A stretch of DNA of 64,000 nt, from NCBI GenBank assembly GCA_030141605.1, contig JAQGDQ010000931.1:15593-79592 (forward strand), written 5' to 3'. The DNA comes from Tubiluchus corallicola. Taxonomy: Eukaryota; Animalia; Priapulida. Positions within the stretch are counted from its first letter, which is position 1. Each line of letters starts with the position of its first letter. The notes under the pieces were generated by a model, which saw only the letters and a program-made list of their open reading frames with translations, did no database searches and was not told where the DNA came from. Positions 50,447 through 63,904 of this stretch are shown here, piece by piece. The position numbers and the translations under genes are program-made.

Positions 50447-52149
50447 CTTGTAAGGAAGGCTAATGATTAAAACAAAAACCGCAAACAACCATTAATTTTT
50501 CCTCTTCAAAGGTTTGTCAGACTTTTTTTACAAATCCAGAAAAATAAGAAAATAGACACGAAGCAAGGCGCAAAACGTTGTAGTCAACTGAATTTTTATT
50601 CAACTGGCATTTGTTGTATATGCTTTCTTTATCAGGAAAACCATGCCCTGTGAGTTTGGGTAAATTTATCCACAGAAGTTTAGAAATGTGCACAGTGCAT
50701 AACACAGTACATAACTGATAGCGTAAGTTACTATGTGCAGAAATGGTCTGGCAACTGTGATACAGTTGCACATTAGCTGAAACCAAAATGTGACCAAGTA
50801 AAGTATGCTGTTAAATAAGATGTGTACATCTTGATAACGTAAAAATTAATAACACTTAATGACAACAAATTTTTGACTATATTTTAGATAGTAATTCGAT
50901 ATAACACGTTTTGATGATCTATGATTCTTATAATTACACTGGACCACTATATTAGTGATCTTGAGCAATACTGCAATACTGTAGCATTTATTAACTGTTA
51001 AGATATCATCATTCAAAGTGGCTGCTGACGCAGCTTTGAAGCAAGAATAACCCAATTCAGAAACATTGTATTACCGTGGATCGACAGGGCGAAATTTATA
51101 TGCCTCTGTTTATCGTTTTATCTTGCATTTAATATTCTTATTTCATTTCTAAGGTTGTCTCTCTGAATGGAATTGCTGTCTAGTGGCAGTTGTTATGGTA
51201 TGGTGAGGAAGAAAGGTTAGTGGTGGTTAAACGGAAAGGTTAGTTAAGTTGATTAAGTGGAAGGTTTGAAATGGTGGTTGCAAAAAATGGTTGACCCAAT
51301 CGGGCAAGAACGGACCATGGAACTTTGTTAGATGGTCTTCTCAGTACATGTCCAATTTCTTGTTGAATTAATTTGCTAATGTCGTCCTCCATATTGTTTT
51401 ATGTCGATGTACCTGGATTTCTATCTAGTAGAAATAACGAAATACAGTACACCATTATGCGTGTTACCGAACTACTTTATTTACAATGCGTTCTGACGCA
51501 TTAATACATAACACATATCAATGTTGTAGAGGAATTCCAGTCTTTTATCAATCTGAAATGGAGCAGAGATACTACTATCAATTGTTGTATATAATTCGGT
51601 GTATATGTAAAGTTTGTTCTTTAAGATTATAGCTTGTTTACGGCATTGAACAGCTATGTGGAGATAATACCAATGAATTATGCCAGTTCATAGATGACGG
51701 TGTAAAATTCCAGAGTGCTCCCGTGACAAGAACAAGGAGTGAGAGCTTGGGATGAGAGTTGCGAGCTGGGCACTGAACTATTAAGGCAGAGCGGAAAGGA
51801 GCTGTATATAGCCCACACAGAGTTAAAAACGCTTTGCAGTGTGTTGCTATTATACATGCATAGAAGTGTTATGTTGCAGTTGAGTAGTATGAGCTGAAGA
51901 AACAGCGTTTACATGGTTTAAACACTGGATATTTTAGCAGCAACTCAAGACTTTTTATGTCTTGTATGCAAATGTATTGCAATTTGATTAATTAGCTCTT
52001 GTATGCAGTATGTTAAAATGAGATCATAATGTTATAATGCTAACGTATTACTTACTGGTTTGATGTTAACAATCTTATCTTATTATTATGTGTCTTCATG
52101 AAACTGCATATGACATCTTCTTCTTCAATAAACTTCCTTCATATTTTCT

Positions 52150-53390
52150 CTAGCTGTTTGTTCAATCACAATAAACGTGTATTCCTTATACATCCGACAT
52201 CATGAACCATAAACAAGTCACAAAACGCTGCAAACACATCAATACCATAACTAATGAAACTGTTCTTGTGTCTACATCCAGGTTGAGTAATTTTATATCC
52301 CACGCCATGTGAATTTCTTGAGAAATATTTTTGCTATTAACCCTGTTTGGTTGTTGTACATATGATACAGCATGGTTTATTCAATTTTTCTCCTTCTCAA
52401 ACATAAGAGGGTAACTTCAATCTATGAATTCTCGTTGCATATGATAGATCTTTAATTGGATGGTTCTAACTTGGTGACTTTCTGTTGGAGACGGATCCAA
52501 CTTTACTTATTGACTGAAGTTTGGTCAGACACCAAGCTACTCATCATAGCCCAGAATTGGCTTTATGAATGTTTTGTGCAAAATAGCCATCATATCAATG
52601 TCCATATAGGAAAATAGAATCTTATGATCCGTGATCATTTAAGTAAGTAAGTAAGCAATTTATTGTCATTATAGCATAATACATACAATGAAATTTATAT
52701 GGCTTTACGTACTGAACTAGCTCCAACATTTCGTACATTACGTAAGTTTCTTAGCTCATTTGGATGTTCAATCAATGCATTCATCAGATATGACGAACTG
52801 GTCTATTACAATACTTAAATCTCTGTGTTTTGTTACTGCAGCTGATGTAGAAACTGACTGATTTTTGTTGTTGCACATGTGGTCATAATAACTTGCATTG
52901 TCTTTCTCTACATGTAGGATATACTTTTCCACATTGAAAGGCATTTGCCAAGCTTACGACCATATGTCTAATGAGTTTATTCGTCATTTTGCAGTTCTTG
53001 GTAATCCATAGTGACTTTAATATTGATATCGCCTATGAAATTTTTCCATCGCCTTTCACTAATGAGTTTAAATTATTTGGTACTTTGTTGACGTTGACAA
53101 ACATTAAGAATAATATAGGCCCTAATAAGTTATCCTATTGCACTCTGCTCTTGATGGGGTTCCATGAAGATTTCTCCGAGCTGATTCTAGCACACTGTGA
53201 GAGGTTGAAAGTTAGCTATCCAGTGATTCAAGGAGCGGTAAGTTTTCATGTAAGCTTTCTATGTAGAACTTTATCAAAGACTTTCTGTAAAATATTACAT
53301 CAACAGATAACCTTTCATCCAGAGCTTCTTGCCAGTCGTTTATATATGACTTTTTCAATGTCTCATTTCATCTTATGTAGGCATTAAGAA
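52150..53390 (-). mobile_element. Highly degenerate CR1-type LINE RT remnant
   Basis: Minus-strand fragments QKVFDKVLH and WQMPFNVEK among many stops. Confidence 0.6.
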
Positions 53391-53496
53391 AATAATATTA
53401 AGTTTATTAGAGCATTCCTCCCACTCCTATCTGCAGCTAAGAGCATAAGCTTGTCTAAGCCATGCTCCTAAAGCACTCGTACTCCTAAAGCATTGA

Positions 53497-54845
53497 AATC
53501 AATCAATCAATCAATCAATTTATTTCACTCCAGCAATACACATACAATACATCAACATACAATATTATTGAAACAAAAAGGAACAGTGTAGGTAAAAAAA
53601 CGTTGATGAAGTCAAAATAACCAAATAAAGGAGTTGCTGTATGACACCTTGAAAGCTTGGCTTGTTAAGGTGGCACAAATGAGTGAATGAAAGAATGGTT
53701 AGGGTTAGTAGACATGATGGAATGGAAAAAATAGTAAGATTAGGGATAGGAAGAAGGAAAAGAGGAGAAGAAATGACCACAGTGTATGTTTAATTTACAT
53801 AGAGGTATATTAAAATAGCATTATAATTGATTGGAGGCTATATATTGCAACTGCATGAGATGTGGAACCATTAAAATTGTATTATAAGTATGAATCAAAA
53901 ATGGTCCTTTTCGCGTACTTTTTGAAACTATAAATAGTTTTGTGTATTTTTATTTGGGCACTTATTTTATTCCAGTTATTGGGGCTGTGAATTTAATAAA
54001 GTGCCTGGCACTATTAGTACGACAGTAAGGGACATGATATTCATTGAACCTTGTAAAGTAATGTTTAGGATTTGCTGTAATGGGATTTGCAAAAGAAGTA
54101 GGAAAGAAGTTGTAGTATGTCTTGTACATATAAATAGACAAGTGATATATAACCAAGTCTTCGAGAATTATTATACCACATTCATTAAATAAGGACATAC
54201 CAACAGTGGTACGTTTAGATAAATTGTTTAATATTCTTATAAACTTTCTTTGATGCCTAGATAAGCTTATTAAGTCGGATGGATAAGATGTACCCCATAT
54301 AATGCAGCAATATGTTAGGTATGGTAATACCAATGAATTATAAAGTGTTATAAGATGAGATCTGTGTAATTTAATTTTAATAAAATTAATTATTCCCAGA
54401 TTCTTAGCAATTTTTAAACTGATAGAATTGATATGTGGTTTCCAGTCAAGATTTTCATTAATTACAACGCCTAAGAATTGTATATTTGGAACTCTTTTGA
54501 TTGCCTGTCCTTCAATGAATAAGTTAATGTCATTCGGGAGCCTCTTATTTATAGAGTGAAATGCAATGCATTTTGTTTTCGTTGTATTCAATGACAATTT
54601 GTTTGCTTTAAACCAATCAGCTACTAATGGGAGTTTATTATTTATTTCAGGCACAGAATAAGATTGTAAATAAAAAATAATGTGGTATCATCTGCAAATT
54701 GATATAGGTTATTGTTGGTTAAGACATTGGACAGGTCATTGATATATATTAAAAATAATAGAAGGCCAAGAATAGAGCCTTGTGGTACACCACACTTCAT
54801 GGATTGAGGGCTGAATACACAGATTTGGTTGAAGTTGTTGAACAT
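53497..54845 (-). mobile_element. 5'-truncated CR1/L2-clade LINE with (ATTG)n tail
   Basis: CGVPQGSILG...YINDL...FADDT, WFKANKLSLN, FLGV, LYNSLVLPYLTYC; 3' end AATAAA(TTGA)n at 53497-53526. Confidence 0.9.
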
Positions 54846-55369
54846 TTTTATTAATCTTAGCTATCCAAGTTGTTTGTGGTGTGCCAGGAAGCTTTTTGCA
54901 AGATTTTAAGGCTTCCTTTAAGGCAATTCTTGGGCAGTTCTAGTGGCAGTATTTTTTTATTGAGTGTACAGATTGAAATTAGTAAAACCTTGCCTAGCGC
55001 AGATTAACACTTTATCAACAATTAAAAAATGTGCCCTGGGGTTACGCACTGTTCTATAGCAAGACAATGATGCCCAGTCCCGGATGTTCAGAAAAATTAT
55101 GGCGAAAACCTCCTTTGGGCGACATAGCGAAGATTTGCACTACTGCTTGCTGTAAAATCTTGAAAGTCGCAAATTGAAGTCGGAAGGATTTATGCAACTT
55201 GCTCAGGCTCTGAAGTCTCAACATAAATTATTAACTTTGAACTTTAGATTTTTAGAAACTTTAAGAAAGTTGTATACTGATGTTTTGACGACTGTTTTTG
55301 TGCCTGTGCTGTAGCTTGCACATTTTGGTAATTTACGGTCAGCTAATGCACTAGCTCGTTTAAGCAAAA

Positions 55370-55414
55370 ATGGCTGTAATTTTAAGACGGATGACACATC
55401 TATTGACAGGCATG
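55370..55414 (+). CDS. NDUFV2: NDUFV2 probable exon 1 (mitochondrial presequence)
   Basis: AAAAATGGCT context, MAVILRRMTHLLTGM, phase-0 donor GTACGA compatible with the next exon. Confidence 0.6.
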
Positions 55415-55639
55415 GTACGATTTTACGTATTTTCATTATACTCAAATGAAGATGGAAAAATCCTTTTTGATATAGGGATCCAGACAGAAATGGATTTGAG
55501 TCTCAGAATTACGTTGAGACTCAGAGTAGAATAGAATTAAGGACTATTAATTATGGCTTTTGATAAGTGTAAGCCAAGCTCGAAAGCAAGTATAGTATAA
55601 ATTTTGATTAAATTTGTATTGAGCAACTCGTTGCATCAT

Positions 55640-57686
55640 AATTCACATAGTGAACGACATTACTACACTCCTGGAAACTACTTTCTAACGGTGACGAAAT
55701 TAGAGAAACAGTTGCGAGAAATTGACTGTTCACAGGGATCTGTTTACAAATCAAGGAAACATTGTAAATAATCTTATTGCTGAAGCAAAGAAAGCACATG
55801 TTTTTGTTTTAATAGCTAGTCACAGAGAAAATCCTAAATATCTTTCTCAAGTATTGAAACTTCGTTTGGCGAAAAAAGAAATAGAACTCCTTTTTGCCCA
55901 AATTTGTCAGTGTGAATGTTCTTGCTGAGAACTTTTCTAACTTTTTTAACGACAAGATTACAACGTCATTATAATTTTGTAAGAGCACTATGGCTTCAAT
56001 TGTGCCAACACTCCCCTCTGTCACTTTGGTTACATCCTACTTGTGACGTAGGCATTACTACTTAACTGTTAGCCTCCGCCTAATCTGGGCTTCCCTGTTG
56101 TAAGCCAGCTGTAACATTACCACCTTAAGCTGATGAGCTGTTGCTATGAAACTTCTTTACTGTTTTCAATAAAATAGTTCATTTTGCTTAAATCTGTGCA
56201 GTTTGATGTTTTCTGTCAGTGATTTCATAATTTTGCATGTGACTTGCAATTAACCACAACCTATGTCTATATGAACGAAATTAATTAGGTTGTATCCATC
56301 CCTACTTTCAGTGAGTTTACCAATGTCAGCATGGATGAAGTAGAGCGTAGCATTAAAGATTCCCCATCAAAACACTGCACTTTAGACACAATCCCCCTGT
56401 GGCTTCTTAAAGTACGGCTTTCTTATCTGTTGCCGTCTATAGTACCAATTTTGTAAGTGCTTCCTTACAATCGGGTTGTTTTCCAAACTCTGTGAAACAT
56501 GCTATTATGACCCCTTTGAGGTGTCCCCCAAGGCATCTCCTTGGACCAATTTTATGCACAGTTTACGTACTACCTTTAGGTGAAATTATAGGGTGCCATG
56601 GATTGCATTATCACTTTTTCGCCGATGACATGCAGCTTTATCTGTCATTTCATGCAGGTAATGCTGACTCGGAATTAGATGCAAAATTAAAAATTGAAAA
56701 ATGTGTAGCTGAAATTAAATTTTGGATGATTCGCACCTATTTAGCTTTAAATGTAAACAAAACTAAGTTACTGTTTATCAGCACTCCCGAGCAATTGAGA
56801 AAATTGACTTCTTTCACTATAACTGTTTAAAGTACTACTACTTCACCCCCGGCAGCAACAAGAAACTTGGGCTGTCTTTTTGACAATAATATGTTATTTG
56901 ACAAACATGTCAGTCAGATATGTAGCGCTGCCTTCTTTCATCTGAAAAACATCAGTAAAGCGAGATGTTTTTTAGACAGAGGTACCACCGAGCATCTAGT
57001 GCATACATTTGTTACAACCCACCTAGATTATTGTAATTCTCTTCTCTTTGGTATGCATGCTTGCTACCTTGATAAGTTGCAACGTGTACAAAATGCTGCA
57101 GCTTGCATTGTAACCAAAACAAAGAAATTTGATCATATAACACAAATTTTATTTGATCTTCACTGGCTTCCGATTAAATACAGGATAAATTTTAAAATAT
57201 TACTGCTTGCTTGCTTACAAATGTGTACATCAGTTGGCTCCCCATCATCTTCGTGAGTTAATTTCGTGGTATATTCCACAACGTAGTTGGCACTCAGCAA
57301 ATTCAATGAACTTGGTCCAACTTAGAACAAAGTTAGTCCCTCGTGGAGGACAGGTCATTCTCGTCCTTTATTGCAGAATAAAACACCAATTCGCATTCAC
57401 TATCTGTTTTTAAAAGATGCCTCAAAACTTTTTTATTCCTAAAAGATTTTAAACTTGAATTATATAACATAATTAATTTAATTGAATTTACATTATCTTA
57501 AATTTTATTTGTAGAATTCTATTGTGTATATTGTTTGACCTTTGCCTCTACTTTTATTATAATGTATAATTTTAAGCCCATCCCACAGTGATGTATGTTT
57601 TACTCACTCTTTTATCAATTACTAATTGTAAAGCCCTAGAGCATTTTTATGGATTGAGGCTAACAAGTCATTATTTTTATTATTAT
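55640..57686 (+). mobile_element. Degenerate L2-like LINE in NDUFV2 intron 1
   Basis: LGPILCTVYVLPLG...FADDMQLY, LDYCNSLL, LQRVQNAA, LHWLPI; 3' tail ...AAGTCATTATTTTTATTATTAT. Confidence 0.88.
55978..56227 (+). mobile_element. Solo LTR (BEL/Pao-like) inserted in the LINE
   Basis: TGTAAG...TTTCA termini, 6-bp TSD TAATTT on both sides, AATAAA at 56168; a partial second copy lies at 6533-6617. Confidence 0.75.
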
Positions 57687-57851
57687 CCATCTTAAATTAA
57701 ATGTAAACTTGCCTGAGTGAAATTCTAGCAAAGTTTACTTAGAAACATTTATATTGTTCTTTGGTATAAGTGGTTTTTGTTTTGCAATTTGCAGTAGTTT
57801 GTAATAATACTAGTGAATAGTGTACATTATGAATATTGTTTTTCGTTTTAG

Positions 57852-57911
57852 GGACAGCAGTCACGTCTCGTTCATTGTACAGCTGTGTTATCATCGAGCA
57901 ATTTATTCGTG
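57852..57911 (+). CDS. NDUFV2: NDUFV2 exon 2
   Basis: GQQSRLVHCTAVLSSSNLFV, ending in the conserved LFV|HRD junction. Confidence 0.8.
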
Positions 57912-58563
57912 GTTAGTATTGTTGATAAAAACAATTAAAACGTCACACATTCTTATTGTTTCTGTTTGTTTGAATGTTTCGATTGTCACTTTCATTGCTC
58001 AGCTTGCTCAAATTCTATCACCTGTTTACATTGTTAATAGCTTGGTATAGCTAGTGAGTAGTGAGTACTGGGCAGTGTGTTTTTCCTCGTGCCACATCTT
58101 AGGTCCGTGCTAGATACAAGTATTGAATTTATTTCTGGCACGATTTATAGGCAGTGTCACAGCTAATTATTTTACTATAGTGAAAACCTATTCAAATTTC
58201 GCTATTAATAGTATTTTAGTAATTAAGCTCAATGAAAGGGTTATTAAACTTGCCTTTGGATTACCTTGCTAATTTGCTATATATGTAGTTGTACCTAGCC
58301 ACTAATTTTTTGAGTAGACATGGTGTTCTATTGAATACCACACATCTCTTTCTCACTAATAAGACTATCATCAATTACCATGACATTATCCTTGATATGT
58401 TATGGCAATCTAGTTTACACCTGAATTGTGTAATTGTACCATAATTTCTATATAACAGATTTTGATTTTCTTTAATCATGTCACGGTTTTTCAGCTAATT
58501 TATTTTCATCGCATATCACACATTCACTCACTAGGCCTTACTAATATAGAGGCTTATTATTTC

Positions 58564-59180
58564 TAGGGTTGTAACAATACACGTAGTTCACAATACAATA
58601 TTAGCCTCATGATGCAGTATGTATCACGATATACCTGAGTTAACGTTTGCAGGCTTTATAAAAATGTGATAAAGCTGTCGATAATGAACTCTAAAAATAT
58701 TTATTGGTCAACTGTTTTAGGATTGCCAAATGCTAAAATAACTTGACAATCTGTTTGATTTTTATTTATTAACTTGTGTAGTGTGTAGGCTATTGGTTGC
58801 ATTGTAAGCCACCAGAAAGGCAAAACATACCAACACATTAGGTTTAGAAGTTGCTTATGCATGCTCTGATTCACTTTTGCCATTTCACAAGTTTGTAATT
58901 ATGTAAACAATGAAATTAGCCTACTACAGATTACAAACCTTGCATTTTCAACCACTCTGGCTGCCAGAAGTGCCTGTTTCTAGTCAACTAGTGCTCACTG
59001 CACTGATTGAGAGGTATTTACAGTACACTCCACAGCTGCAGCTTGAATAACTTCATATCATTTTGATCAGTATGCATTTAATTTGCTGAATATCACTGAC
59101 TCAAATTCTCATGATACTGCTGCACTTTTGCGATACTCATATCGTAATGAGAGATGTCACGATGTATCGTTACAGGCCTA
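58564..59180. mobile_element. hAT MITE
   Basis: TIRs TAGGGTTGTAACAATAC / GTATCGTTACAGGCCTA and perfect 8-bp TSD ATTATTTC. Confidence 0.9.
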
Positions 59181-59853
59181 ATTATTTCTTAGTTTGTTGG
59201 CACTATACAAATGCTCTACCATACACTCTTGTAATAATGCATTTTTAATCAATTTAAAGTGATGTATTAATTTGTCACTTTTCATTAACATTTTGTCGAG
59301 TCAACGCATCAAAATAATCATATTTTAGTTTAATTATATTCTTGCTTTCGTTTTATCTTTGCTAGATAAACACATCTGTCATCTGTAGCACTCTATCATG
59401 ATCACACTATTTCTTCTAGCTATAATTTTTCTTTTACATTTTTTCAGTCAAGAACTCTCCCATCTCTTCAAATGAAAAGCATCTTTGACTCATTCTTCAG
59501 CATGTCTTTTTCTTACTAACTTTAGTTTCTTATTGCCATATAGCAGCTCGGCTTTGAAATTTCTGTTTGCAAACTCTTAACCGGGCACGTGATTTCTGAT
59601 TAATAACGGCATTATTGATACATTATTTTTAGGTGAATTTTTATTTAATACTGGAGTTTGTTTTTTGCGAGTTCCAGTTAAATATGTTAGTGTGACTTTT
59701 ACAAAAGTGCTGTTTTACAAAAAAAAATGATATCATAATAGTTGTAGTAGGGTTTAGTAAGAATGTGCTCATACAGGCAATAATACATGTAACCAATGTA
59801 TTTTTAACAAGGTTACAAGCTGATTTTTAAATCTGTGATAATTGATTTTTCAG

Positions 59854-59907
59854 CATCGTGATGATGACCCCGATGAACCATTTGAGTTTACCAAAGAAAA
59901 TTTACAG
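59854..59907 (+). CDS. NDUFV2: NDUFV2 exon 3
   Basis: HRDDDPDEPFEFTKENLQ with canonical splice sites. Confidence 0.9.
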
Positions 59908-59974
59908 GTACTAACAATTTAACTCAAGTTTGACTTCTAAGAGTGTTGACACTTGATGAGTTTTTTACACTCAA

Positions 59975-60250
59975 TTTCATCTGAGTTTTCATTCAGCGGT
60001 ACTCGACTCCAGCTGAGTCTTCATTCAGCGACACTGAATTTCGGCTGAGCTTTCATTCAGTGGTACTCAACTCCAGCTGAATTGTCATTCATTGGTACTC
60101 AACCCCAGCTGAGCTTTCATTCAGCAGTACTCAAATTCAGCTGAGGTACTCGACTCCAGCTGAGTCTTCATTCAGTGGCATTCGACTCCTGCTGAGTCTT
60201 CATTCAGTGGCACTCAATTCCACCTGAGTCTTCATTGAGCTGCAGCTGAG
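59975..60250. repeat. ~31-bp minisatellite
   Basis: Unit approximately TTCATTCAGTGGTACTCAACTCCAGCTGAGTC; repeated again at 60640-60860. Confidence 0.85.
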
Positions 60251-61252
60251 TAAACATTGTTGGCTTTTTGTATTCATGCTCAATAGAAGCTAAGGCTAAA
60301 AGGCACTCTGGTTTTTGTGCTTTTCAGAAACAACTGCATGTGTGTCGTGCGTGTTCTGCCAAACATTCAGTGCGAAACACAACAACTTCTAGCTTTTTCT
60401 CAGACAGCTTAAATGCGGAGCGGTTAATAATGTACGATTGTTGCTGTACTGAGTTATGTGTTATAATCCACGTAAATTAGGTGAAAAGTGCGTCTTATAC
60501 GTTGCTATAGGTACCTGCATTTTCAAATTTAAATGAGTTATAATGAACATGAGATTACCTTATATATACTTTTTTTATTATATACAGCCTGTAGATTTTC
60601 ACCTTTGGTTATTAAAATCTTTTGCTGCATAATATTGTAGCGACACTGAATTTCGGCTGAGCTTTCATTCAGTGGTACTCAACTCCAGCTGAATTGTCAT
60701 TCATTGGTACTCAACCCCAGCTGAGCTTTCATTCAGCAGTACTCAAATTCAGCTGAGGTACTCGACTCCAGCTGAGTCTTCATTCAGTGGCATTCGACTC
60801 CTGCTGAGTCTTCATTCAGTGGCACTCAATTCCACCTGAGTCTTCATTGAGCTGCAGCTGAGTAAACATTGTTGGCTTTTTGTATTCATGCTCAATAGAA
60901 GCTAAGGCTAAAAGGCACTCTGGTTTTTGTGCTTTTCAGAAACAACTGCATGTGTGTCGTGCGTGTTCTGCCAAACATTCAGTGCGAAACACAACAACTT
61001 CTAGCTTTTTCTCAGACAGCTTAAATGCGGAGCGGTTAATAATGTACGATTGTTGCTGTACTGAGTTATGTGTTATAATCCACGTAAATTAGGTGAAAAG
61101 TGCGTCTTATACGTTGCTATAGGTACCTGCATTTTCAAATTTAAATGAGTTATAATGAACATGAGATTACCTTATATATACTTTTTTTATTATATACAGC
61201 CTGTAGATTTTCACCTTTGGTTATTAAAATCTTTTGCTGCATAATATTGTAG
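60027..61252. repeat. Exact 612-bp tandem duplication
   Basis: 60027-60640 equals 60639-61252 (identical ORFs at 60268 and 60880), with AG microhomology at the junction. Confidence 0.95.
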
Positions 61253-62176
61253 TATTCCCTTAGTTTTATACCTCAGACAGCCCTGTAATCTCCTTACAAT
61301 TCCTTCTTTCAGTTTTAACTGTATGCCTTAAGATGATATAATCATCCTGAATTGTATGGCTTTCTCTGACATTGTGTAAGTTTTGAACATCATATAAAGT
61401 GCTGATTTTAAATTACAGAAATGTTCCATTTCCTGTAATGGTCTATCTCCAGATCTGCTAACTCTCATGCATTTTAAGTCTTTGACACATGCACATGCAT
61501 CACATTTCAGTTCTCATGCAGTCCTCAACTTCATACACAAGTTTGCAAATCACCTGGCTTCCTTTGCCATCATCACCAACTATGACACAATTAGTAGCCC
61601 TACTCTCAGTAATACAGTAGTATTCATGAGTCTCATAATGTATACATGTGCTACACACTAAAGCCTATTACAATTATTGTAAATTAAGCTGCTATTGGGT
61701 ATCGAGCTTTTTTCATGTATGTAAACGAATATATTTGTATATAAAGCCTAGTAAACTGCAATAACAGTATAAGAAAGCTTAGTAGTACACAAAAATGACC
61801 TTGTGTTTTCATAATTTATCGAATATTTGATTTTGATGCCCAAAAGCAAAAGTTTCTGTGGCGGAAATTCAACCACCTACCCCAACCCCTCTAACCTAAG
61901 TTAGGGGCGAGACGATCACCGTGCTTTATACGTTTTACACTCATGTTTTCATCAAATTTTTGTACCTGTTAGGCACCATATATATTTGTCATACTCTGGT
62001 CTTTTCCATCCCATTTCTACGTACATCAGTCAGTCTGCTATAGCTACTCTTGAACAATTGTTAAAGATGACTAAATTTTTTAAAAAAATTTACTTGAATT
62101 CGCTTCCATGTATATGTGAAAATTTTGTAGCACATTAATAATACCTAAGAATCCTTATTGTTTTTCTTTGCTTTAG

Positions 62177-62264
62177 AGGGCAAAAGCTCTGATGAATATT
62201 TACCCTGAAGGACACAAAGCAGCTGCAGTTTTACCAGTTTTAGACCTTGCTCAACGTCAGCATG
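62177..62264 (+). CDS. NDUFV2: NDUFV2 exon 4
   Basis: [29 protein letters not shown]. Confidence 0.96.
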
Positions 62265-62315
62265 GTAAGATCTCATAGCGGAAGTTATTTATGTTGAGAC
62301 TGATATTTGTTGTAG

Positions 62316-62486
<171 letters not shown>

Positions 62487-62640
62487 TAAGTTTATTCTAC
62501 TTCTTCTCACTCATGCATGTGTATATTTTACTTTTTTGTCAGAATCTGCTTGTTATCATTTAACTTGAGGCTATGTGAATAGCTCATAACTCCAATTTTC
62601 TTAGTGAATTTAGATTGATCAGATTTTTAATGATGCCATA

Positions 62641-62882
<242 letters not shown>

Positions 62883-63029
62883 GTCTGTCTGATAGATACA
62901 TTGTAGACATTTATTTAAATGTCCCTGTCATCTCAGCAAAGAAAACTTGCTAATCTGACTCTGTCAAAAATAATTTTGTAAGATATGAACATTTTATTTT
63001 AAGTAACTTAAATTCTAATTATTATCTAG

Positions 63030-63127
63030 AAAACCAGCCAGGTAAACACATATTCAGGTCTGCACTACAACCCCCTGTATGCTATGTGGGTCAACAGAAA
63101 TTATGGATGCCGTCAAAGATAAACTTG
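63030..63127 (+). CDS. NDUFV2: NDUFV2 exon 6 (2Fe-2S motif), with probable base-call errors
   Basis: QVCTTTPCMLCGSTEIMDAVKDKL. The first 25 nt carry compensating +1/-1 indels that are absent from the inverted copy. Confidence 0.88.
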
Positions 63128-63526
63128 GTAACTTTTTATATTATGCATAGTGCATTTCTGTACACACATATGGACACTACCGTTAAGTAAGCAAGCAAAT
63201 CCTTTGTTCACTCCCTTCATCTCACTGTTTTATGTATGTCACTCTTACAGTTTAATCTGCCATTTATTTCCAACTGTTAGAGATATTTGCTACAATAGTC
63301 TGCTAGTAGTTGACTACTGTACTTACTGTAGAAGTGCTCAGCAGGCAGCACCTAAATTTTAAATTCACAAACAATGGATGTTGTGTTAACAATAATGTGT
63401 GCAGTTTCACTGTTGGAACCGGGTAGAATTAGCAGGCTTGTAATAAACAATGCGGGTAATTACTCTGGTACCCTGGAACACTAAAAAATTGTGTTTTAAC
63501 AAATAAGATGACGATATTGACAAACC

Positions 63527-63904
63527 TAAAACAGTGAGATGAAGGGAGTGAACAAAGGATTTGCTTGCTTACTTAACGGTAGTGTCCATATGTGTGTACA
63601 GAAATGCACTATGCATAATATAAAAAGTTACCTAGTTTATCTTTGACGGCATCCATAATTTCTGTTGACCCACATAGCATACAGGGGGTTGTAGTGCAGA
63701 CCTGAACATGGTGTTTACCTATTGGTTTTCTAGATAATAATTAGAATTTAAGTTACTTATAAAATAAAAATGTTCATATCTTACAAAATTATTTTTGACA
63801 GAGTCAGATTAGCAAGTTTTCTTGCTGAGATGACAGGGACATTTAAATAAATGTCTACAATGTATCTATCAGACAGACAGAGAGAGATGGAGAGAGAGAG
63901 AGAA

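Noticed and set aside
51520-51920. Possible LTR (TGTAAA...TTTACA followed by TGG)
   Set aside because: No TSD, no second copy and no internal domain to support it.
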